Below are positions 23,663 to 34,689 of a DNA stretch of 64,000 bases, one piece after another; the first letter of the stretch is position 1; every line of letters begins with the position of its first letter. The DNA comes from Phallusia mammillata (taxonomy: Eukaryota), in contig OZ281498.1 in the NCBI GenBank assembly GCA_965637545.1, positions 5,952,001-6,016,000 of the forward strand, given 5' to 3'. The translations under genes and the position numbers were made by a program. The notes beneath the pieces are model-generated. The model searched no databases and had not been told where the DNA came from. It worked only from the letters and a program-made list of their open reading frames with translations.

Positions 23663-25111
23663 TTATGGCGACATATATTTTTCATGGATAGATGCTGAGC
23701 GAAAATAGTCAAAGTCAGCTCCAACAGCCACTGACAACAACTTTTGAATGTTGCGTTCCTCAATATCCCCATAGCAATATCCATTAGCTTTGTCAACCTG
23801 CTTTAAGACAGCCAGCATACTTTCCTTTTCCTCCACATGGAGAGGTACAAATGACACCAAACTATAATCTTCAATGACACTGCACAGCTTTCTGCAATAC
23901 ATAGAAATTAGAGTTATCTCCCAGGCATGTCCAGAAATTGGGGAGTAAGATCTGTGCCCATAAATAATTTTACTCTATTAATGCCTGAAAGTCTAGTAGC
24001 CTAACCTAAAGTAGATCTCAAAGTTATTTTCTGGAGAAAAGTTTGTGTTTTAACTGGTTTTCTGTGCATGGTGTTGCCAATTTTTTTTTTTTGAAACTGT
24101 CAGAAATTTTGCCTATGCAGATATGGCAACCCTAATATAAATATATGTATGATCAATAGTTGAAAATATAATGCACATTACTCATTGAGTTTGTGATATT
24201 TTTGTGTAAATGGATCTTTATCATCAAGCTCAATCAGTTTTTCAAGGTCCAATACTTCTGTGTAATAATCTAAATGGAAGGGAAATCTGAAAAGTAACAT
24301 GCATTGTGTTCATAAAATATATTAGTGCTATGAAACCCATGTTACCTACTTTCCATACTGTTCAGCTATGTCCATTTTTGAAAGCACATTGACATGGGGC
24401 ATATGCATGTGAAGCATTGTAGAAAGTGAGGTAAGCAGAACAGATACAAATTTACTGGAGTCTGAACAATAATGTGAATCGACCAAGTGTACTGCAGTCA
24501 TGCGAATATCGCAGTCTTTGTTTGCCAGCTTTGCAATGACATTACGGAGTGAGGCATGATGAGTATAGAGTTCAACTTGACCAGGACAATCAAACACAAA
24601 GTACCTGAAAACCGTTTTGTATGTAATGCAGAAAAATTCTGGTCGATCACATATCTAATATGACTAGCTTTTTTGCAATAGTAATTTGGGAACGAACGAT
24701 AGGGTTGATATGCACAAACCACAACAAAAAAAGTAATTTGGTATGCAATTAACATCAACGAAAAATACTGTGGATGTAGCGCTAGTGTTTCACAACATAC
24801 CTGTCAGAAAACTGTGCCAGTTTCTGCAACAGCCAATCATAGTTCATTTCTAAATACTCCATGCAGTAAAGCAGTGCCCCATTAGGCCCCAGTGATAAGT
24901 TTTTCATAACATCCTCAACAGTGACCAGGTCATTAATATCAATATCACACTCATATGGAATGAAATCATTAGCAGGGTCCAAATTTACAACACAACACTC
25001 TCTTTTTACAGCTTTTAAAAACTGTTGCAATCCATGGCAGTAGGTAGTTTTCCCACTACCAGGAGGGCCAATAACAACTTGTCCAAATGCAGTTTTTTTA
25101 AATAGTGGCAT
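23663..25111 (-). CDS. GPN2: GPN-loop GTPase 2, 4 exons
   Basis: ATG at 25111. Motifs [69 protein letters not shown] and VDKANGY. Junctions are in phase. Confidence 0.97.
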
Positions 25112-25125
25112 TTTCAAATGTAAGT

Positions 25126-25709
25126 TTATCTGCCGTGAAGGATTTTTCCACGATGCTCAAAACTACAGAAAGACCATCTGTTGCCAACAGTTTCGAATGA
25201 CTTTGTTTTCATGTCAGCATTGACTTGAATGTCTTTAAATTCACCAGCGACCATAAGAATTCCACACGAGGACAGAAACAAACCCAATACAGACTGAAAC
25301 ACAATCTAAAAAAAACATTTCAATTTGAAATTATTGGCTGGTTTTTTATTTGGTTTACAGTTAAAAAAATTAAATACTGAAACAAATATGGGATGCTACA
25401 AATTTTCACAAAATATATACGCTGGTTCATTTTTTATTTCTTCATACATTTTTTATTTCTTACTGGACAGTTGTAGCATAAAAAATGTAAAGTTTGTCAT
25501 ATTACTTACATCAATTGGAAGAGAATAGAACTCTTGTTCAGTTAAGCGGACAAATGATCGATCTAAAAATCACAAAACATTTAAAAAAATCAGCAGTAGT
25601 ACATACATTTACATATTTCAATAAACTTACGCTGCGCAGCAGATATACCAGCATGGACAATGCAAGCAAGACCAACTATCAAAACAATCTTCTTAAAAGT
25701 TTGCTTCAT
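25126..25709 (-). CDS. MMGT1: ER membrane protein complex subunit 5 / membrane magnesium transporter 1, 103 aa, 3 exons (not in ORF track)
   Basis: Exons 25709-25631, 25562-25510 and 25305-25126 give [103 protein letters not shown]. This matches the EMC5 signatures AHAA.SAAQHR, LPIDIV, AGEFKD and F.HRG. Confidence 0.95.
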
Positions 25710-26462
25710 TATTTAGCTAGTTTAAAAGACATGCTACAAAAGGGGTAAAGGCGTAAAGCACAAAAGCTGCTTGAAAGTATGAACAACGCTTGTTTGGTTA
25801 CCATTTCTCTATAGCCTAAAACGAGTTGAGACACGAGAAACATAACCATTGTCCTAATTCCTAAAACGATTAAACGAAGGCGAAAAATACGATTTCGAAC
25901 ATGCACAAGTATGACGTCACAGAAGCACGGACGTGCTGTTTTAACATTTCTATAAACAATAAAATATGAATATTTTTTAACTATTAGAGAGAAGTCAGCA
26001 CATCGTTTAAATCTCTACAAAACTTGATATGTTTAGTTTTAAAAAATAGTTTACAAACAGTCCTTTAATTTTGACCAGCACCTTTGGCTTTTGACATTGT
26101 CAATACATATGTAAAAGAAACGATAAATGTCTAAAAAATGTTTAGTGAAAAATATCATTATGAATTTCTAAAAATAGTTTTATCCCACCTTGACACCATG
26201 TTGCGAAATTATGGTTTTGTAATGCGATTGCGCAAGTCAGAAAAAACGAGAAAATGTTTTGCTTTTAGGGAATTCCCCAAACAACAAAGAGCCGAAATGA
26301 ATTGTCAACAAAAGTATTTTTGAAGACAAGTATAATAGTAATTAGTAACATCTCGCTCAAAATGCGGCACGGAAAGTGATATAATGTAACAAACGGCGTG
26401 TGACTGAGTTTTTGGTGATTATTGTTGCAAGAGGTTTAGCAAAATTTCAAACTATTTTCTTG
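25710..26462. promoter_or_regulatory. Divergent promoter/5' UTR region for EMC5-GPN2 (-) and LENG9-TRPT1 (+)
   Basis: Head-to-head genes; CRE TGACGTCA at 25912-25919; a probable non-coding exon ends at 26462 (G|GTAAGT) and splices to the acceptor at 26629. Confidence 0.55.
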
Positions 26463-26630
26463 GTAAGTTTGGTAAAAATTGTAACTTTTTTAAGCACCTA
26501 AAAATATGCGGATTTTTAAAAATATTCACTTAATTGTGAATGAATGAATGAATGATACATCAAGAGACCTAAGCTGTGTTTCACAGTGTGTCATGAGTGG
26601 TAAAACATATAGTGATGTGTTTTCTGTAGT

Positions 26631-29600
26631 ATGATTTGTTTGAGTTACATTAAAAAATCTTTAAGAAAAGTTCCTATTCCCAAACTAATAAGGCCAGGTG
26701 CAGTAGTTTCAATATTTGACAAACCTCACCTCATTATGGATGAGCAAAAAGGCCAAACTTCAGACAAACCTTCAACTGCAAATACTGGAGAAGAGGCAGA
26801 AGTGCCGACCACTTCACAGAAGGAACAAAAACCTTTGCAAAAAATCAGACTTGCAGCAGTATTTGATAAACCTCCTGCTCCAGTCAAAACACCAACATGT
26901 CAGAAAAAGCCACCAATGAAAACTGCACATGATGTGATCAACAGGTTTGTAGGTTGCTATCTATATCACTGGTTCTCAAACTTTTTTTATAGTTGGGACC
27001 AAATGATAGTTTTTTAAGTGTGCAGGGAGCCGCAAAAAAGAAACCTTGATTAAATCACTAAAGATTATTATCTTTAAAGCGAAAATAGCAATCTTTGGTG
27101 GTTTTCTAAGGTTTGGTGGGAGTCGCAAAATAAGTGGTTGGGAGCCACATGCGACCATGAGACCCGCATTTGACAATCACTGATCTAAATCATTGTTATT
27201 TATGTACACTTAATGATTTTTAACAGAGTCAAGTGGGATGAATCACTTTCCCCTGATGAATTCTGCGTTGGTTATACAGATCGCTTTGATGGACTTGTTG
27301 AAAAGCCGTTTGCAGATTTAAATTGGGACATAGATATAGCTGGTGTTGGCCCAGATATTTTTTGCATTCCTCAACACAGAATTCAATACTTCAAACGGAA
27401 TGACCGAGTAGTTTGGGATAAGTCAAAACGACTGGACAATGTTTTTGGATCAACTAAAGGATGTGTTAAAATTCATGATTTAAATGGTGAAAATCATCCA
27501 GATGACCTTCAGGCAGAGTGTATTGAAAAAGAAGAGAGTTTGCAGGCTAAGAGTGAGGAATACAAGGGTCCTTCTCTCAATCCAGGTTTGTTGTGGTGTA
27601 ATGACCTTTGGTTCTTATGTTTGTTATAATTCTACTCTTAAATATTCATGTCATGCCCTCTGAATACTGAAGCATTATTGTGTTGCTGTTGTTAAAACAA
27701 ACTTTATTGCAGGCTCTTCAAGACCAAACTGTTTTATTGGTTTCCTTGTTGATGCTCTTGAAGTACGTCAGAGTGTACATGCTTATTACAGAAAAGTAAC
27801 TGAAATGGCCAACCAGGGCAATGTTGCACAGGAGGTACAGTCAGCTTTCGTGCCACTAAAGAAACTGCATGTTAGTTTTTGTGTCTGTACAGTTAACATG
27901 GAGGAGTTACAGACTGTAAAAGAGGTATGACGAATTTTGTTAATAAAATTCTGATATTCATACCAACGAATGGGTGCATTTTGTAGATAACTCAGCAAGT
28001 ATGTGAAGATGCAACCTCAATACATGTCAACTTCAGAGGTGTTGGGGAATTTGGACAGAAGGTTAAATATGCTGTGCCTGATGCCCCTGGGTTACATGCC
28101 CTTGGTACCCGTTTGCAAGAAAAATTAACTGAAGCTGGGATCAACATGCAAGGTAACTTAATATTTTGGTTTGCCAAGCACATGTAAAAATCCCCCCTTT
28201 TTTCAGGAAACTTCTCGCCATTCCAGCCCCATTTGACTTTAATAAACTTCAGAGGTTCTGCTCCAGCACCCGAAATTTCCAGGATTTTGAACAACAAAAT
28301 GTTTACAAAATGGGTTTTTAAGCATCAAGTTTTAAATAAATTTGTGATATGTGAAATAGGATCCACAGGAGCAGATGGTTTTTACAACACCTTTGCAACA
28401 TACAGACTAAAAGATACTCAGGTGTGAAAAATTGCATAGGAATAGTACTCAGAACACAATTACTAAATTTTCTTTTAATTTATATCATACATTTCTCAAT
28501 ACAATTTGCTGTATTTTGCACACTTTTGAACAAAGTGGCAAATCTGTACACATTTGTCACTTTTTAAACTGTTGATTTTATTGTTTCAGAGCCAATCTGC
28601 CAGTAGTTCGTTGCACTGGGACACACCACAAGGTATAAAAATACATAAATGACATTATTTTTTACTCTAACATTTTGGATACATACAACAGATTCAAGTT
28701 TTGAACACTTTCAACCAGTAAGGAATAAAAAACAAAAACCTCAATCAAGAAACAGGAAAAGGTACTGTAGTTAATCAATATTTTTAAAAGATGTTGTGCC
28801 AAATCTGGCTATTAGCATACTTCGTTTAATTGCTTAGTGATGGTTAATCCCTATTGTGGGCATTAAATTAGAAAATTATTTATTTTCATGATTTTTGTCC
28901 CAATTCCGTCTGCTAATTTGTTAGGCGATAAACCTCTGCACTTACTTTGTTAATTTTTTTAAAATTTCTATGCAGTAGTTGTCTATGATTAAAATACATT
29001 TTTCTAGATATCATAACAATTTGAAAAGAGATGTTGAGATTGGGAAGGCACTGGGTGCAGTACTCAGACACAACAAGTTTGGATTCAAAGTTGACTCAGG
29101 TATCATGAAGCTTTAAAGTTTTTGTGTGAATTTTATAAACATTATGTTTTTACTGTGATGTTGTGGATAGCTGTTGGCAGACACTATACTGATGCTGTAA
29201 CTGTACTACATAGTACATACCATAGTGTGCTATAACCTTTGGTACTGTGCATGACTGCATGCTATAGTGCCAATATCCAGTGGTGGGATTCAAATTTTTT
29301 TTAGCCGGTTCTGTTACAAAATCCATTCACAGTAACCAGTAATGCTAACCAGTTCACTGATCTCATAAAATTTCGTGAGACGGTTCTATAGAACTGGTGC
29401 GTACCGGCTGAATCCCACCACTGCCAAAATCTGTAGCTAGTTTTTGTGTATTTAGGAAACATATTTATATGACTAGTGATGTTAACAGGCTTCGTTTCTG
29501 CCGACTGTGATGAATAAAAATAAAAGTTGTAGAAGCAATGAGGATAGTGTCAAGGCTCAGATGATGTTGTTAGACCAATTAATTAATATAATTAAATGCA

Positions 29601-32600
29601 GGAGTAACATGGTACTAAAATCAAAGAGGTTTGCAGTAATCATAGCATCACAATGTTTTTTCATGTAGCATACAAAACGAATAGAAAGTGACACAAACAC
29701 TATAATTGAGTAAACTTTGTAGCATTTTTCCCCTTTTGACATATTTGCGTCAAATGCCTGCATAAAGGGTGGCAAAATGTTTACTGTAACTTTGGCTTTA
29801 CAGGTGGTTACGTGAAAATAAAGGATATCCTGGCACATCAACATTTCTCCAAAACGCTGAATGTGTCAAGAGACGACATTTACAGGGTAGTGAGGAACAA
29901 TGACAAACAAAGATTTGTTATTGTGGTGGATACATTGGGAGTTGAAACTATCAGAGCTACCCAGGGCCACACTGTCGCTGTAAGTTAAGCACATTAACAT
30001 TGAATACTATGATGGGAGAACGGTCTATTACTGTGTTCACTAAAACAGTGCGACTTAGAATTTAGAATAGAATATTTTACGAACACAACTTTAAAGCACA
30101 GGCCGTTACGTTTTAACCAGAGATGTACCGAATATCCGAATCTTTTTTAAACACACATTCAAAGCGTTAAACTCGTCTTTTTTGCTTAGTACCAACGAAA
30201 ATCGCCTCAATTATCATATTTTTTGACACATTATCGTTTTTCCCACTGCAGACAAAAATCAGTAATTTATTGTCGGGTTGGAAATCATGCTTAAGGCAAT
30301 GTTAAACTCACAGAATTAAATAGGGGACGAAACACAACTATTCTGCACCAACTGCCTGGTAAAAAAGCATTGTTTTCATGTCAAACGCATAGCGTAAGAC
30401 TTCGCGTGACCTCATAATGATTCGGTTGATTCGGCCGATTATATTCGGCAAAACCGCCGAATATTCGGTTTCGGCCGAATCGAAATTTCGCCGATTTGGT
30501 ACATCACTAGTTTTAACCTAATTACGTACCACCACAACTCTTTCAAGAGCAACAACTAAAATTGCGTTAACTGTTGCAATTATTAAATCCTTATCGTTTT
30601 GTCCATTTCTTACAAAGATCAGCAATGCATTTGCAACGATGCCCGACTAATATCATACTTTAACATAATTACCTTTGCAGTAACATCGCTGTTGGTTTGG
30701 TAGAAAAATATGTTTTTTATGTCATGAGCGTGGTGTGCGACTTCGCGTGACGTCACAAACGATTCGTTTTTTGATTTGTTGACGTCACAAACGATTCGGC
30801 CGAATTATTTGGGAAAAAACTGACAAATGTTCGGTTTCGATCCGAAACCAATTCAGCCGATTCGGTGCATTACCATTGCTAACCAAGTACGTTCAAAGCA
30901 GAGGTGTTAGTTGACCTACAATTGTGGCCCGAACCCGGCTGAACACGACTGAACCCCAACCGAAAACAGTCTTAAAATGACGTACCGAATTTAAACGAAG
31001 TGTATTGTACGAAAACAAGTTGAGTTGAGTTGAGTTGAGTTGAGTTGAGTTGAGTTGAGTTGAGTTGAGTTGAGTTTATTTCGCTTGGTGAAAGAAAACA
31101 TAGCGACACTGTAGCACTAAAACAATCACCAAGCCGGAAATAGCTGCGCAACATTAAAACGGTAAAGGGCACAATTGGTGGATGATACCAAAACGCGCTG
31201 CAGCTACACCGTATTATAAAGCGTTATGTGACCGGGGCTCACAAGAAAGTGAGGTTGGCGCAGTGTTGGTAAACACGACTGGGGAGGGAACGTTGGTGGG
31301 ACCAGTCAAGGGGGGCCTATTAACTAACCACCCGTGTTAGGGAAAGAGGGTGGGGTTCGACAGGAAAAGAAACCACCGAAAGAAACCCTGTCGGATAGTT
31401 TCAAGCGCCGGAAGGAAGATCACACTCCATAGAGCTTCATTTTTAAACTCTGGCCCCAACCCAATAGCCCTTATTATCGCAAGCATTTCACAAATCAAAA
31501 TTTTCTTGTTTGATGAAATTTCTCTCAAACCTGAACTCCCTAGGCTTTAAAAGTTCAGCAAATAATAATAAAAAAACACGAAAGGAGCATAAAGTTCTAC
31601 CTAATGATTTACATTTGTGATATAACTATTTGGCGTTAAGGTGGATAACTTGGAGTTAGAAGAAATTACAGACCCTTCCCAATTTCCCACTGTGGTACAT
31701 GGAACGTTTTGGAAATTTTGGATTCCGATTTCCGTCCAAGGACTTCATCGAAGAAACGTCAGCACCGTAGTTGCATGTCTACTAGAAGATGTCGATAAAA
31801 TTAACAAAATGTTTTTTTTTCACGCAGAGAATACATATCCATATGACTACAGCAGAGCCAACGGATGGAAACGGTGTTATCAGTGGAATGCGGAAAACAT
31901 GTAATTTGTTCATATATATCGACATAGCGGCAGCAATGGCAGGTAAAGTATTAGTTTTGGTAAACTTCGTAGGCTTCATGTAATTTTTGGAGTTGACATT
32001 TAATTGTACAATTATAATCAACCTGTTAGATAGGCGCGCCGTTTTAATTTAGTCGTAACCAACTTGTGAAATGGGGAGTGAATAGCATCATTTTTATCAA
32101 CCACGCCAAGAGAATATTCAGCGCATTCACTTTCTGCTCACAAGGTTGTGGGATTAAAATTTTTGTCAGCCGGTTGTATCACAAAAGTCATATTTCCATT
32201 GACAGTAAGCAGTAAAGCTAACCGGTTCGCTGATCTCATAAAATCTCGTTAGGACTTATTGTGAGCATAACGCATTTAGGCGTTGCCCAAGCACCGAATA
32301 TAGAAACTTTTTTCCAATTTTCACGTAGATGGAATACGATTTTTTGTTTCTTCTAATGGAGTGATACTCTCGACAGGCGATGATATGGGATATTTGTCTC
32401 CTAAATACTTTATTAAAGTGATAGGGTCAAGTAAAAAGCAACGTAAGTGTACTGTATATTTTTAAAATCTTTGCCCACTAAACTAGTTCATTTCCAGGCA
32501 CTACAGTGTTTGATAGAGAAAATGACGAAGCAGTTACTCGTTATTATGAAGCAATGGATGAAACAGACAAAAACGAGGACGTTGATACTAGTGAGCAACC

Positions 32601-32649
32601 GCAGCCTATGTCTCCAGAAGATTCAAGTACATCGACCGAAACTGAATAA
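26631..32649 (+). CDS. LENG9-like (MJ1316/DUF504 + AKAP7-type 2H phosphoesterase) fused to tRNA 2'-phosphotransferase Tpt1/KptA (TRPT1); 714 aa, 13 coding exons
   Basis: Exons 26631-26944, 27227-27585, 27713-27924, 27987-28152, 28207-28421, 28590-28632, 28692-28761, 29008-29099, 29804-29979, 31641-31757, 31828-31942, 32329-32442 and 32498-32649 sum to 2145 nt in one frame. MJ1316: MKTAHDVINRVKWD..VGYTDRFDG..IPQHRIQYFK. 2H: RPNCF, LHVS, PHLT. Tpt1: LRH, NDKQRF, IRATQGH, VVHGT, HIH, SGMR, SNGVILS. Confidence 0.9.
26967..27182. mobile_element. hAT (Buster/Charlie-type) MITE, 216 bp, splitting the MJ1316 coding region
   Basis: Ends CACTGGTTCTCAAAC / ATTTGACAATCACTG; TSD atctatat/atctaaat (7/8). 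Confidence 0.8.
29278..29423. mobile_element. hAT MITE, 146 bp, with perfect 15-bp TIRs
   Basis: CAGTGGTGGGATTCA / TGAATCCCACCACTG; TSD ccaatatc/ccaaaatc (7/8). Confidence 0.9.
30118..30509. mobile_element. hAT (Ac-type) MITE, 392 bp
   Basis: Ends CAGAGATGTACC / GGTACATCACTA; exact TSD gttttaac/gttttaac; clustered TTCGG/CCGAA subterminal repeats. Confidence 0.9.
30700..30872. mobile_element. Diverged right-end copy of the Ac-type MITE family
   Basis: Parallels 30360-30509 (GACTTCGCGTGAC...GATTCGGCCGA...TTCGGTTTCG...CCGATT.GGT.CAT). Carries a duplicated TGACGTCACAAACGATTCG at 30748 and 30780. Confidence 0.6.
31018..31076. repeat. (AGTTG)n pentanucleotide microsatellite, ~12 units
   Basis: Directly visible in the sequence. 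Confidence 0.98.
31018..31550 (-). mobile_element. 5'-truncated LINE/SINE-like 3' end (stem-loop, AATAAA, tandem tail); 5' boundary uncertain
   Basis: On the minus strand a 9-bp stem (31134-31126 with 31091-31083) precedes AATAAA (31080-31075) and (CTCAA)n. This layout is typical of CR1/L2-type tails. The region is more GC-rich than flanking intron. Confidence 0.5.
32145..32250. mobile_element. Truncated second copy of the 29278-29423 MITE family
   Basis: GTGGGATTAAAATTTTTG..AGCCGGTT..CAGTAA.CAGTAA.GCTAACC.GTTC.CTGATCTCATAAAAT parallels 29283-29372. Confidence 0.7.
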
Positions 32650-32965
32650 AATGAAAGAAATAAACCAACGTTATATATTTGCAGTTTCCAATTTTACTCA
32701 AAAACAGTAAAAAATCTGAATTATGCAACTAGGACTTTTTTGTTTTTAGTACGTGTGCCTTTGCTATGATTTTATTTGCTATTGTGAATGTTTATCGCTG
32801 TGTTCTGTAATCTTGTAGTAGAGTTGCTTTTTTAATTTGAAATAAAACAAAGCTGTCATTTCCAGTAGGCTATACCAAACAAACGCATCCAATACGGGTC
32901 AGTGAGTGTACTTGAAAACATATCGCCCATATTTCTATTTCGTCCCGAACTGTTTTCAAAATTCG

Positions 32966-33226
32966 GCCGAAACCGATCTTTTAGAGATGAAATCCTAAAC
33001 ATTCCACATCGTCAGTTAGAACCGTCATAAATTAACAAAGTGTCGGATGTAAAAAAAACACGAGCCATGTCCGTTGCAAAACAGTATACGTTTTGTTCCG
33101 CTTACTTAGGCTACTGCAGTTGTTTTTTAGTTGCAAAAATGAGTTCAGCAGCATCAAAAGCACAAGTATCAGTTGAAAACAGCCACCGAAAATGAGTTTT
33201 GGGTTCAGTCTGATTCGGTTTCGGCC
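32966..33226. mobile_element. Decayed Ac-type MITE remnant
   Basis: A 12-bp inverted pair GGCCGAAACCGA / TCGGTTTCGGCC resembles the subterminal repeats of 30118-30509. Termini and TSD are not recognisable. Confidence 0.4.
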
Positions 33227-33865
33227 CCAACCTTTTGAGTATGGCTGTATAATAAGCAAAAATTTGTGTCGTGATTACAAAAAATACCGTATTGTTGGGT
33301 TCCATGTGGTGTAGTAGGCTATATTAGCTGAAATGCTGTTAAAATGGGTCGAAATAAAACACTGAACTACGTGCTTTCTGTGGCTTGTATTTGGTAATAA
33401 TGACAGTACTGCTCTGGATTGAGCTATTTGTCTACTCACGTGTAATGTAACAGGCAAACCGCTAATAGCTTACAGCTGTCTGTAAGTTTTAGTAGTAGTA
33501 TAACGTAACTTTTTAGTTTTAGTCTCTAAAAAGTATATTGAACGCTTGTAAAGAATGAAGGGTATGGTATAATCATAGTGTGTTTCACACTTTCATACAC
33601 ATCACTTTACAATGGTTAATATTGCTTTCAGCAAAAAAGTAATTTTGTTTAAATTATAGTTTTTATTTAAATTATAGTTATAGTTTAAAAGAAGAAAGTA
33701 TGCAAATTATTTTGGAATAAAATTAAATCAATAATGCTTAACTGTTTGTGCAGATAAATTGTGTAGTTAAACAAACAAAAACACAGACAACATTTGTGTT
33801 TATTTTGTTCATTGTACAGTTTTGCTAGGCCAATTTTTAGTAGCAACATAGAGAATTGGGGGGTT

Positions 33866-34689
33866 ATGGAAGCTCTTTTTTATGATGGTATTCAAGCAAC
33901 ATTAAAAAGTTGGACAGCGTTGCAGGTATTTGATATGATCACAATAAAATATTTAAGATATACAAGTTGACGAATGACCCTTTTACATCTAAATTGATTC
34001 CAGCTTTCTTTAAGTTACTTTGTGATTGTGCATAGCCATATTCGTAGTCATTAAACTTTTGTTAACTTTGTGTATTTAGCTTGCTGTGAGCAAAGGATTT
34101 GGAGGAGCACACAGCCAGGAAAAAGCACAGTGGCTTGTCAGGGTCATCCAACAGTTTTTTCAAGAAAATGGTATAATTTCAAACATGTTTATGAATTGTA
34201 ATGTCAATTTTTACCAAGATATCTTGGTTAATAAACTCATTTGTTTTTAGATGATATTGAGCCTTACGAGCTTGAGGACTTCATTGAGGAAATTATGTCT
34301 ACAGAATTTAGTCTCATTACAGAAGACAACAGCGTCAAAGACATTTCTATTAAAATTTGCAACTTGTATAAAATGTGTTCCCAAGGAAAGCTGAATGAAG
34401 TTAGAGAAACAATGAAAACTCTTCCATATGTTAACTTGGGTGAATGCATGGAAGCAACATCCCAGGTAATGTGCTATTTATAAACAAACTATAAAAGTGT
34501 TTAAAACAAGTATATATATACATACATCAGGTTGAACAAACACATGATCAAAGCGATGAAATCATTGGTCAATTAAACCTAACATCCTCCACAAGTCAAA
34601 ATCTAACAAATGCAAGTGAAAATACAGCTCCGGCCTCAACATCTACTGATGGATGGGTTGAAGTTAAGTCAAGAAAGAAAAGAAAATGA
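33866..34689 (+). CDS. TSR2: Pre-rRNA-processing protein TSR2 (eS26 escortin), 174 aa, 4 exons
   Basis: Exons 33866-33925, 34080-34170, 34251-34465 and 34531-34689. Motifs [37 protein letters not shown] and C-terminal [13 protein letters not shown]. Confidence 0.95.

Noticed and set aside
32650-33865. Operon linking LENG9-TRPT1 to TSR2
   Set aside because: The 1.2-kb spacer has an AATAAA after the upstream gene, a TE remnant and room for a separate promoter.
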